Shown in pieces: positions 1 through 7,919 of a stretch of 37,455 nucleotides of DNA (position 1 is the stretch's first letter; each line of letters starts with the position of its first letter). Made by a program: the position numbers and the translations under genes. This DNA is from Betaproteobacteria bacterium. Lineage in GTDB: Bacteria; Pseudomonadota; Gammaproteobacteria; Burkholderiales; SG8-41. Under the pieces are notes generated by a model. It saw only the letters and a program-made list of their open reading frames with translations. It made no database searches and was not told the origin of the DNA. The DNA lies in assembly GCA_021414185.1 (NCBI GenBank), contig JAIOOZ010000304.1, forward strand, positions 1 through 37,455. The letters are read 5' to 3'.

Positions 1-957
1 AAGGTTGAGCCGGTTGGCGAGTTGCATGGCGGCGGGACGGCTGGAATCCGGGATCGGGATCACCACGTCGATGTCGAGCTGGGAAAAGTTGCGCTTGATT
101 TTGTCGCCGAGGCTCTCGCCCATGCGCAAACGCGTCTCGTAGACCGAGATGCCGTCCATCACCGAATCCGGCCGCGCCAGGTACACGTACTCGAACAGGC
201 AGGGATTGAGCGTCGGGTTCAGCGCGCACTGCTGCGCGTAAAAATGGCCGTCTTCGTCGATGAAGATGGCTTCGCCGGGCGCAATGTCGCGCACCAGTTC
301 GTAACCCAGTGCGTCGAGCGCCACCGACTCCGACGACACCAGATACTCGGTGCCATGCTCGGTCTCCATCTTGCCGTAGACCAACGGGCGTATGCCGTAG
401 GGATCGCGAAACGCGAGCAGACCGTAGCCGGCAATCATCGCTACCACCGCATACGCGCCACGTACACGCCGATGCACGCCCGACACCGCGGCAAAAATCG
501 TCGCCGGGTCGAGTTTGTAATTGGCGGCACCCTCCTGCAGTTCGTGGGCGAGAACATTCAGAAGTACTTCGGAATCCGAATTCGTATTGACGTGCCGCAG
601 GTCCTGGCGAAACAGGTCGCTTTTCAGCTGGTCCGTGTTCGTCAGGTTGCCGTTGTGCCCGAGCACGATGCCGAACGGGGAATTGACGTAAAACGGCTGC
701 GATTCGGCGGCCGACCAGGCTGAGCCGGCAGTCGGGTAACGCGTGTGCCCGATGCCGCAGGCGCCGAGCAGGCCGCGCATGTTGCGCGTGCGGAACACGT
801 CGCGCACCATGCCGCCGCCCTTGTGCATATGGAAGGTGGCGCCTTCGGCGGTCACGATACCGGCAGCATCCTGGCCGCGGTGCTGCAGCACCAGCAGCCC
901 GTCGTAGAGGACCTGGTTGACCGCGTTTTTCGCTACCACGCCAAGTATGCCGCACAT
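1..957 (-). CDS. purF: amidophosphoribosyltransferase (PurF), 3' end cut by the window edge
   Basis: Absent from the ORF track because it runs off the window. The reverse-strand ATG at 957..955 translates to MCGILGVVAKNAVNQVLYDGLLVLQHRGQDAAGIV..., the Cys2 Ntn-glutamine-amidotransferase N-terminus. It follows cvpA, as in the classic cvpA-purF arrangement. Confidence 0.9.
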   Translation of the reverse strand, partial: MCGILGVVAKNAVNQVLYDGLLVLQHRGQDAAGIVTAEGATFHMHKGGGMVRDVFRTRNMRGLLGACGIGHTRYPTAGSAWSAAESQPFYVNSPFGIVLGHNGNLTNTDQLKSDLFRQDLRHVNTNSDSEVLLNVLAHELQEGAANYKLDPATIFAAVSGVHRRVRGAYAVVAMIAGYGLLAFRDPYGIRPLVYGKMETEHGTEYLVSSESVALDALGYELVRDIAPGEAIFIDEDGHFYAQQCALNPTLNPCLFEYVYLARPDSVMDGISVYETRLRMGESLGDKIKRNFSQLDIDVVIPIPDSSRPAAMQLANRLNL

Positions 958-965
958 AACAATCC

Positions 966-1457
966 TTACCCGTAGTTGATGTGCTTCGCCATATCGTCAG
1001 GCAGCCAGACTTTAACCCAACTGGCCAAATTTACCAGCGGTCCGCTGAACAACGCCTGCTGCCACGCCGGATCCCGCGGCAGCGCGGTCAGCCCGGCCAG
1101 CAATACCGCAATCACCACTATCGCCAAACCGCGCACCAGCCCGAAAACCGCGCCCAGCGCGCGGTCCGCGAAACCAAGCCCGGCAGCCTTGATCAATCCC
1201 GACAACGCCATCGCCAGCAGCGTCATCGCTATCAATACCGCAAAAAACACGCCCAAAAACCCGGCCAGCAGGCGCAACGACGGGTTCTCCAGCGCCGCGG
1301 GCAGCAGTGATGCGACATTCGCCGAAAAGATCTGCGCCACCACGAACGCCACCACCCACGATGCGAGCGCCAGCAGCTCGCGCACCAGGCCGTGAATGAC
1401 GCTCATCAGGATCGATATGCCAACGATTGCGATGACCGTGTAATCGAACCAGGTCAT
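966..1457 (-). CDS. cvpA: CvpA-family (colicin V production) inner-membrane protein
   Basis: 163 aa with four hydrophobic segments (MTWFDYTVIAIVGISILMSVIHGLVRELL...). Its start overlaps the stop of the upstream SPOR gene (ATGA at 1454..1457). It lies between the SPOR gene and purF. Confidence 0.85.
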   Translation of the reverse strand: MTWFDYTVIAIVGISILMSVIHGLVRELLALASWVVAFVVAQIFSANVASLLPAALENPSLRLLAGFLGVFFAVLIAMTLLAMALSGLIKAAGLGFADRALGAVFGLVRGLAIVVIAVLLAGLTALPRDPAWQQALFSGPLVNLASWVKVWLPDDMAKHINYG

Positions 1458-2206
1458 TTCGGAATAACGTTGCCGGCCAGCCCCATGCCCTTCAACTTGT
1501 CGCGCGCTTTTTCGGCATCGCCGCGCGACCCAAACGGGCCCGCGCGCACGCGCGTTACATTGCCCTTGGCCGTCGGCACCACCTCGGTGTAGGACTTGAC
1601 GCCGGCAGCCGCGATCTGGTCGCGCATCTGCTTCGCCTTGTCCGGATCGTTGAGCGCCGCCACCTGCACAACGTAACCCGCAACACCTTTGGCGGCAGGT
1701 TTTATTTTTTCCACGGGCTTCGCTTTTTCCGCGACCTTCGGCTTCTCGGCGACAACTGGTTTGGCGGGTGCCACCGCTTTCTCGGGCGCAGACTTCTTGG
1801 GCGGGGCGGCTTCGGTATCGTTCGCGGGCGGCACTACGGGTTTCGCAGCCGGCGCAACTGCCGCGACCTTCGGCGGCTCGGACTTCGCAGGCGCGGCGAC
1901 CTTGGGCGCTTCTGATTTGACAGGGGGCGGCGGGGCGGCGGGTTCCGCTGTTGCCGGCGCTTCTGGCTTCGGAGCATCCGGTGCGGGTTTCGCGGCCGGG
2001 ACTACCGGCACGATCTTGGAGGTAAACGCGCTGGAATCCGGCGAGGGGATCTTGATGCTGACGTCCTGGCTGACCGGTTTGGGCTCATGATCGAGCACCA
2101 TCGGCAGGAACACGGCGATGATGGTTACCAGGGCTATCGCGCCGACCAGGCGGCGGCGCGCGCGTTTTCTGAGTTGCAGTTCTTCTTCGCTAATCGATTT
2201 CGCCAT
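1454..2206 (-). CDS. SPOR-domain cell-division protein (DedD-like)
   Basis: N-terminal membrane anchor (LVGAIALVTIIAVFLPMVL), then a long Pro/Ala/Lys-rich linker. The C-terminal SPOR-like module is GYVVQVAALNDPDKAKQMRDQI...RVRAGPFGSRGDAEKARDKLKGMGL. It occupies the dedD position between folC and cvpA. Confidence 0.8.
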   Translation of the reverse strand: MAKSISEEELQLRKRARRRLVGAIALVTIIAVFLPMVLDHEPKPVSQDVSIKIPSPDSSAFTSKIVPVVPAAKPAPDAPKPEAPATAEPAAPPPPVKSEAPKVAAPAKSEPPKVAAVAPAAKPVVPPANDTEAAPPKKSAPEKAVAPAKPVVAEKPKVAEKAKPVEKIKPAAKGVAGYVVQVAALNDPDKAKQMRDQIAAAGVKSYTEVVPTAKGNVTRVRAGPFGSRGDAEKARDKLKGMGLAGNVIPK

Positions 2207-2221
2207 GTCGGTCCGGAGTTT

Positions 2222-3496
2222 TTACCTGCGCTGCCGCTCCCGCATCACCGCGGCAACGGTAAGAAACGATCCGAAAACGATGATTTTATCATTATCGGCC
2301 GCCAAATTACAGGCGGCATGCCAGGCTGCGGCTACATTTGAATATTGCGCCACCGGTGCGCTCGCACCCGAGTGCGCCAACACTGCAGCGAGCTGCGCCG
2401 CGCTGGCGCCGCGCGCGCCTTCGGCGTCTGCCACCAGCCAATCGGTGATGTACGGACGGATCGCAGCCACGACGCCGGCGATGTCCTTGTCTTTGAACAT
2501 CGCGCATACCGCCAGCGTCCTGCCGCCGGCCGGCATACTCGCCAGATTGGCCGCCAGAGCGCGCGCCGCATGTGGATTGTGCGCGACGTCTAGAATGACC
2601 TGCGGCTGCCCAGGCAACACCTGGAAGCGCCCCGCCACTTCCGCCTGCAGCAATCCGCCGCGGACATCCTGCGCGGTAACCGGCAGGTTCCCGCGCAGGC
2701 AGTCGAGCGCCGTCAGGCAGGCGGCAGCATTGCCGAGCTGGAATGCCCCGCGCAGCGCCGGATACGGCAGGCCATGGCGCTTGCCGCCCGGCCCCCAGTA
2801 ACGCCACTGCTGCGGCTTGGCTACGTAGCCAAAATCACGGTCGATCACCATCAAATCGGCGCCGATTTCGCGCGCATGCGCGACCAGCGCTGCCGGCGGC
2901 TCCGCATCGGCGCAGACCGCCGGCCGGCCAGCGCGGAAGATGCCCGCTTTTTCCAGGCCGATCGCCTCGCGCGTATCCCCCAGGTAATCCTGGTGGTCGA
3001 GATCCACGCTAGCAACCAGCGCGCAGTCCGCATCGAATACATTGACGGCGTCGAGCCGGCCGCCCAACCCGACTTCGAGTATGGCGACATCAACCCCCGC
3101 TTCGCCAAACGCCATGACCGCCGCCAGCGTGCCGAACTCGAAATACGTCAGCGAAGTGTCGCCACGCGCCGCCTCAATGCGTTCAAATGCGCGGCACAAA
3201 ACCTCGTCTTCAATTTCACGGCCGCCGATACGCACGCGTTCGTTGTAGCGCAACAGATGCGGCGACGTATAGCAACCGACATGGTAGCCGGCGTGCAGCA
3301 GCATGGCTTCGAGCATCGCGCAGCACGAGCCCTTGCCGTTGGTGCCGCCGACGGTGATGACTGCAAATTCGGGAGAGAGCCCCAAAGCCTGCGCAACCTG
3401 CGACACACGGTCGAGGCCCATTGCAATCGCCTGCGGATGCAGTTGCTCGAGGTAAGCCAGCCACTGCGCAAGCGTGCGCGGCGCAGTTTTATCCAC
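2222..3496 (-). CDS. folC: bifunctional folylpolyglutamate synthase / dihydrofolate synthase
   Basis: 424 aa with the Mur-ligase P-loop VGGTNGKGS. It sits in the accD-folC-dedD-cvpA-purF context. Confidence 0.9.
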   Translation of the reverse strand: MDKTAPRTLAQWLAYLEQLHPQAIAMGLDRVSQVAQALGLSPEFAVITVGGTNGKGSCCAMLEAMLLHAGYHVGCYTSPHLLRYNERVRIGGREIEDEVLCRAFERIEAARGDTSLTYFEFGTLAAVMAFGEAGVDVAILEVGLGGRLDAVNVFDADCALVASVDLDHQDYLGDTREAIGLEKAGIFRAGRPAVCADAEPPAALVAHAREIGADLMVIDRDFGYVAKPQQWRYWGPGGKRHGLPYPALRGAFQLGNAAACLTALDCLRGNLPVTAQDVRGGLLQAEVAGRFQVLPGQPQVILDVAHNPHAARALAANLASMPAGGRTLAVCAMFKDKDIAGVVAAIRPYITDWLVADAEGARGASAAQLAAVLAHSGASAPVAQYSNVAAAWHAACNLAADNDKIIVFGSFLTVAAVMRERQRR

Positions 3497-3523
3497 GGAG
3501 AATTGGCGCCCTCGTTGAAACGG

Positions 3524-4390
3524 TCAGGCTGCCGCTGGCAGCTTTTGCAGCAGCGTGATGACGCTCGCCAGCTTGTCGCGCATTTCGCGCCGGTCGACGA
3601 TCAGATCGATGGCGCCGTGCTCGAGCAGGAATTCCGAGCGCTGAAAGCCTTCCGGCAGCGTTTCGCGAACCGTCTGCTCGATTACGCGCGGACCGGCAAA
3701 ACCGATCAGCGCCTTGGGTTCCGCGAAAACCACGTCGCCGATCAGCGCAAAGCTCGCCGACACGCCGCCCATGGTCGGATCGGTCAGCACCGAGATGAAC
3801 GGCAGTTTTTCGGCGCCGAGTTGGGTGAGCGCGGCGCAGGTTTTCGACATCTGCATCAGCGACAGCAGGCCTTCCTGCATGCGCGCGCCGCCGCTCGCCG
3901 TAAAACACACGAACGGCAGTTTCTGCTCGAGGCACACCTGCACGCCGCGCACGAAACGCTCGCCGACCACCGAACCCATGGAACCGCCGAGGAATCTGAA
4001 TTCGAACACCGCGGCAACCAGCGGTATGGTCTTGATGCTGCCCTGCATGACGATCAGCGCGTCGTCTTCCTCGGTCTCCTTGCGCGCTTCGTCCAGACGC
4101 TCGGTATAGCGCCGGCTGTCCTTGAACTTGAGCGTGTCGACCGGCAGCACTTCGTAGCCGATCTCGTAGCGGCCTTCCGGATCGAGCAGGGAATCCAGGC
4201 GCTCGCGCGCCGACAGCCGGTTATGGTGATTGCATTTCGGACATACGTAGAGGTTTTTTTCGAGGTCGGTGCGGTAGAGCACCGCCTCACAGGCGTCGCA
4301 CTTGCTCCACAGCCCTTCGGGGACGTTTTTTTTCGGGCTGCCGCCGTCGCGGTTGATCTTGGGCGGCAGCAGTTTTTTCAACCAACTCAT
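3524..4390 (-). CDS. accD: acetyl-CoA carboxylase carboxyltransferase beta subunit
   Basis: 288 aa. N-terminal zinc ribbon CDACEAVLY...CPKCNHH, followed by a carboxyltransferase core ([18 protein letters not shown]). Confidence 0.95.
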   Translation of the reverse strand: MSWLKKLLPPKINRDGGSPKKNVPEGLWSKCDACEAVLYRTDLEKNLYVCPKCNHHNRLSARERLDSLLDPEGRYEIGYEVLPVDTLKFKDSRRYTERLDEARKETEEDDALIVMQGSIKTIPLVAAVFEFRFLGGSMGSVVGERFVRGVQVCLEQKLPFVCFTASGGARMQEGLLSLMQMSKTCAALTQLGAEKLPFISVLTDPTMGGVSASFALIGDVVFAEPKALIGFAGPRVIEQTVRETLPEGFQRSEFLLEHGAIDLIVDRREMRDKLASVITLLQKLPAAA

Positions 4391-4402
4391 GGCGTTAGCC
4401 TT

Positions 4403-5200
4403 CTAGCGGTCGATTGCACTGCGGATATCCTTAACCAGAATCGAGATGTTGTCCAGCGCCTTGTCGCGCGGGCTGGCTTCGATTTCCTGCACCAGCCGGC
4501 TACCGATGACCACCGCGTCGGCGACTTGCGCCACCGCCCGCGCCGTTTCTGCATCGCGTATGCCGAAGCCGACGCCGATCGGCAGCTTGATGTGAGCGCG
4601 AATCTCGGGCATTTTTTTTGCGACCTCGCTGACGTCGAGGTTGGCGGCGCCGGTCACGCCGCGTAACGAAACATAGTAGATATAGCCACTGGCGTAGCGC
4701 GCGACTTCCTTGATGCGCGACTCGGTCGAAGTCGGCGACAGCAGGAATATGGTGTCTATCTTGCACGCCGACAGCAATTCAGCAAGCTGTGCTGCTTCGT
4801 GTGGCGGGTAATCGACCACCAGCACGCCATCGACCCCTGCGGCAAGCGCCGCATCGGCGAATTTTTCGCAGCCCATCGCTTCGATCGGGTTGGCATAACC
4901 CATGAGCACGACGGGCGTTGCGGTATTGGTCAGACGGAATTCGGCGGTGAACTCGAGCACGTTCTTCAGCGATGTACCGTGCTTCAATGCGCGTTCGCTC
5001 GCGCGCTGTATGGTCGGACCATCGGCCATCGGGTCCGAAAAAGGCACACCCAGTTCGATCACATCGGCGCCGGCCGCGGCCAGCGCGTGCATCAACGGTA
5101 CCGTCATCGCCGGATCAGGATCGCCGGCGGTGACAAAGGGAATCAACGCCTTGCGATTTTGCTTTGCGAGCGCGGCGAAGGTGGGGGCGATTCTCGACAT
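4403..5200 (-). CDS. trpA: tryptophan synthase alpha chain
   Basis: The track ORF (4403..5374) has an Arg/Gly-rich 58-aa lead that overlaps trpB. The homologous protein starts at internal Met 59 (ATG 5200..5198): [28 protein letters not shown]...[17 protein letters not shown]. Confidence 0.93.
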   Translation of the reverse strand: MSRIAPTFAALAKQNRKALIPFVTAGDPDPAMTVPLMHALAAAGADVIELGVPFSDPMADGPTIQRASERALKHGTSLKNVLEFTAEFRLTNTATPVVLMGYANPIEAMGCEKFADAALAAGVDGVLVVDYPPHEAAQLAELLSACKIDTIFLLSPTSTESRIKEVARYASGYIYYVSLRGVTGAANLDVSEVAKKMPEIRAHIKLPIGVGFGIRDAETARAVAQVADAVVIGSRLVQEIEASPRDKALDNISILVKDIRSAIDR

Positions 5201-5205
5201 TGTGA

Positions 5206-6405
5206 CTAGAACTTCAGGCCGGACTTCTCGGCCACCGTATGCATGTCCTTGTCGCCGCGGCCCGACAAATTGACCAGCAGGATCTGTTCTTTCTTCATGC
5301 GCGGCGCCATTTTCGCCGCGTAAGCGAGCGCGTGGCTCGATTCGAGCGCCGGGATGATGCCCTCCAGCAGGCACAGGTCGTGAAACGCTTTTAGCGCTTC
5401 ATCATCGGTCACCGACACGTATTCCGCGCGGCCGCTGTCTTTCAACCAGGCGTGCTCAGGTCCGACACCCGGATAATCGAGGCCCGCCGATATCGAATGC
5501 GTTTCTATGATCTGGCCGTTGTCGTCCTGCAGCAGGTAGGTGCGGTTGCCGTGCAGCACGCCAGGTTTGCCCGCGCTCAAAGTTGCCGCATGCTTGCCGG
5601 TCTCAAGTCCGTGGCCTGCCGCCTCGACGCCTACTATGCGCACTTTTTCTTCTCCGATATACGGGTAAAACAATCCCATCGCGTTCGAGCCGCCGCCCAC
5701 GCACGCGAGCACCGCATCCGGCTGGCGCCCGGCCATTTCCAGCATCTGCCACTTGGCCTCGATGCCGATCACCGACTGGAAGTCGCGCACCATCATCGGA
5801 TAAGGGTGCGGACCGGCGACCGTGCCTATGATGTAGAAAGTATCGGTCACATTGGTGACCCAGTCGCGCATCGCTTCATTGAGCGCGTCTTTCAGTGTCT
5901 TGGAGCCGGACTCGACCGGCACCACGGTTGCCCCCAGCAGTTTCATGCGATAGACGTTCTGCGCCTGGCGCTGGATGTCTTCGGATCCCATGTAGACCAC
6001 GCACTTCATGCCGTAGCGCGCGGCGACGGTCGCCGTGGCCACCCCATGCTGGCCCGCGCCGGTCTCGGCGATCACGCGCGGCTTGCCCATGCGCTTGGCG
6101 AGCAGCGCTTGGCCAACCGTGTTGTTGATCTTGTGCGCGCCGGTGTGATTGAGGTCTTCACGCTTGAGATATACCTGCGCGCCGCCGAAATGCTCGGACC
6201 AGCGTTTCGCGTGGTAGACGGGGCTCGGCCGGCCGACGTAATGTTTGAGTTCGTATTCGAACTCGGCGCGGAACACCGGGTCATTGCGGTAATGCTCGTA
6301 CTCGGCCTTCAGCTGATCCAGCGCCTGGATCAGCGTTTCGGCCACGAACACGCCGCCGTACGGGCCGAAATGTCCGTTATCGTCGGGCAAGTCATACATC
6401 TGCAC
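5206..6405 (-). CDS. trpB: tryptophan synthase beta chain
   Basis: 399 aa with a GTG start at 6405..6403. Carries the PLP-lysine motif [11 protein letters not shown] and the GGGSNAMG loop. Lies directly upstream of trpA. Confidence 0.95.
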   Translation of the reverse strand: MQMYDLPDDNGHFGPYGGVFVAETLIQALDQLKAEYEHYRNDPVFRAEFEYELKHYVGRPSPVYHAKRWSEHFGGAQVYLKREDLNHTGAHKINNTVGQALLAKRMGKPRVIAETGAGQHGVATATVAARYGMKCVVYMGSEDIQRQAQNVYRMKLLGATVVPVESGSKTLKDALNEAMRDWVTNVTDTFYIIGTVAGPHPYPMMVRDFQSVIGIEAKWQMLEMAGRQPDAVLACVGGGSNAMGLFYPYIGEEKVRIVGVEAAGHGLETGKHAATLSAGKPGVLHGNRTYLLQDDNGQIIETHSISAGLDYPGVGPEHAWLKDSGRAEYVSVTDDEALKAFHDLCLLEGIIPALESSHALAYAAKMAPRMKKEQILLVNLSGRGDKDMHTVAEKSGLKF

Positions 6406-7015
6406 TGCGCACCTCTTTCATGAATGCCGCGATTTTTTGCGGGTCTTTGATACCGGGACTTGCTTCGACACCCGAACTGACGTCAACCGCCCATGGCGCG
6501 ACACGGCGTATCGCTGCTGCGACGTTGGCGGGATTCAGCCCGCCAGACAATATCACCTGCAGCGGCAGGCCGCGCGGAATGAGATTCCAGTCAAACGCCG
6601 TGCCGGTGCCGCCATGCGTGCCATCGACGAAAGCGTCGAGCAGCAGGCCGCGCGCAGCACCGTAAAGCTGCGCGTATTGTAACAAATCAAGCCCTGCCTT
6701 GACGCGTACCGCCTTGATATAAGGGACGCCAAACTGCGCGCAAAAGTCGGCTGGTTCCTCGCCGTGAAACTGCAGCAGATCGAGCGGCACTTCCTTCAAT
6801 ACGTTTTCGACTTCGCGCACCGCCGGATTGACGAACAGCCCGACTGTCGTGACGAATGGCGGCACTGCTTTGACGATTTCCGCGGCGCGCTCGTTGGCGA
6901 TGTTGCGCGGACTTTTGGCATAAAAAACGAAACCGAGCGCGTGCGCGCCCAGGCGCGCCGCTTCCTGCGCATCAGCGCGCCGCGTAATGCCGCAAATTTT
7001 GACTGCTGTCGCCAT
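6392..7015 (-). CDS. trpF: phosphoribosylanthranilate isomerase
   Basis: 207 aa, [27 protein letters not shown]... Its 3' end overlaps the trpB start by 14 nt. Confidence 0.9.
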   Translation of the reverse strand: MATAVKICGITRRADAQEAARLGAHALGFVFYAKSPRNIANERAAEIVKAVPPFVTTVGLFVNPAVREVENVLKEVPLDLLQFHGEEPADFCAQFGVPYIKAVRVKAGLDLLQYAQLYGAARGLLLDAFVDGTHGGTGTAFDWNLIPRGLPLQVILSGGLNPANVAAAIRRVAPWAVDVSSGVEASPGIKDPQKIAAFMKEVRSADV

Positions 7016-7023
7016 AGATTCGA

Positions 7024-7809
7024 TCAGATCTCTTCAAACCACGCCCGGCGCGCGAGCGCGGGCAAACCCCATTTCGCATCATAGCTCACGTGCGCAAGAT
7101 AGAGCCCCGCCGCCTCCAGCGTCGGCGCCGCCAACGCGCGATCGCCGCTTGCCAGCACATCCGCCAGCCACGCCGGCTCATGCTTGCCGTTGCCCACGTA
7201 GACGAGGCTGCCGACGATGTTGCGCACCATGTGATGCAGAAACGCATTGGCTGCAAGGTCGAACACGATGTAGTCGCCGCTGCGGCGTATGGCCAGGCGC
7301 CGCAAATCGCGTACCGGCGATTTCGCCTGGCACTCGGCGGAGCGAAACGCGCTGAAATCGTGCTCGCCCAGCAGTTGCGTGGCCGCAGCGCTCATACGCG
7401 CAATATCGAGCGGTGCATGACACCAGGCGACCCGCCCCTGATTCAGCGCCGGCCGCACTGCATGGTTGAACAGCACGTAACGGTAGCTGCGCTCCCGCGC
7501 GGAATAACGCGCGCTGAAGTCCGCCGCCACCGGCTGCATCCACGTCACCGCCGCGCCGGACGGCATCGATGTATTGGTGCCGCGCACCCACGCCGAGGCG
7601 GGACGCTCGACGTTACAGTCGAAATGCACCACCTGCGCCAGCGCGTGCACGCCGGCATCCGTGCGCCCCGCGCAGATGGTCGCGATTTTTTCGCCTGCAA
7701 TCGCGGCCAGCGCGCGCTCGAGCGCGTCCTGCACGGCGCATCCCGACGGCTGGGTCTGCCAGCCGCAAAACGTGGCGCCGTTGTACTCGATGCCGAGCGC
7801 GATTCTCAT
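7024..7809 (-). CDS. truA: tRNA pseudouridine(38-40) synthase
   Basis: 261 aa, MRIALGIEYNGATFCGWQTQP...GRTDAGVHA (catalytic Asp motif). The stop is 8 nt from the trpF start. Confidence 0.92.
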   Translation of the reverse strand: MRIALGIEYNGATFCGWQTQPSGCAVQDALERALAAIAGEKIATICAGRTDAGVHALAQVVHFDCNVERPASAWVRGTNTSMPSGAAVTWMQPVAADFSARYSARERSYRYVLFNHAVRPALNQGRVAWCHAPLDIARMSAAATQLLGEHDFSAFRSAECQAKSPVRDLRRLAIRRSGDYIVFDLAANAFLHHMVRNIVGSLVYVGNGKHEPAWLADVLASGDRALAAPTLEAAGLYLAHVSYDAKWGLPALARRAWFEEI

Positions 7810-7827
7810 CGCAGGATTTCAATCTCC

Positions 7828-7860
7828 AAAATAAAACTGGCCGCACCGTAGCGCAGCCAG
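7828..7860 (-). terminator. candidate intrinsic terminator between fimV and truA
   Basis: Minus-strand RNA reads CUGGCUGCGC-UACG-GUGCGGCCAG, a 10-bp stem including 2 G-U pairs with a 4-nt loop, followed by UUUUAUUUU. It lies about 60 nt after the fimV stop and just before the truA SD (GGAG). Confidence 0.5.
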
Positions 7861-7919
7861 TCCATGATCTCGAGCAGTTGAACCGGCGCAACGTTTCGCC
7901 AGCCCTCCGCTGCCTTGCG

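Noticed and set aside
2774-4666. Very long ORFs antisense to real genes. Examples are 2774..4666, 5452..6423, 7090..7851, 7569..8654, 11216..12226, 13239..14087, 14111..15508, 17117..18070, 18805..20283, 20407..21324, 21685..22995, 24840..26156, 26384..27433, 27651..29144 and 34529..36766.
   Set aside because: All lie opposite CDS with clear homology. Their translations are Arg/Ala/His/Gly-rich with no recognisable motifs, the usual stop-poor shadow frames of GC-rich DNA.
5201-5374. N-terminal extensions of track ORFs for trpA (to 5374), leuB (to 13384), leuD (to 14282), the decarboxylase (to 36760), the 589-aa protein (to 29570), the arsR-family gene (to 30011) and the hydrolase (from 31476).
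   Set aside because: The extensions overlap neighbouring genes or promoters and lack homology. Internal Met codons reproduce canonical N-termini or signal peptides, several with good SD sequences.
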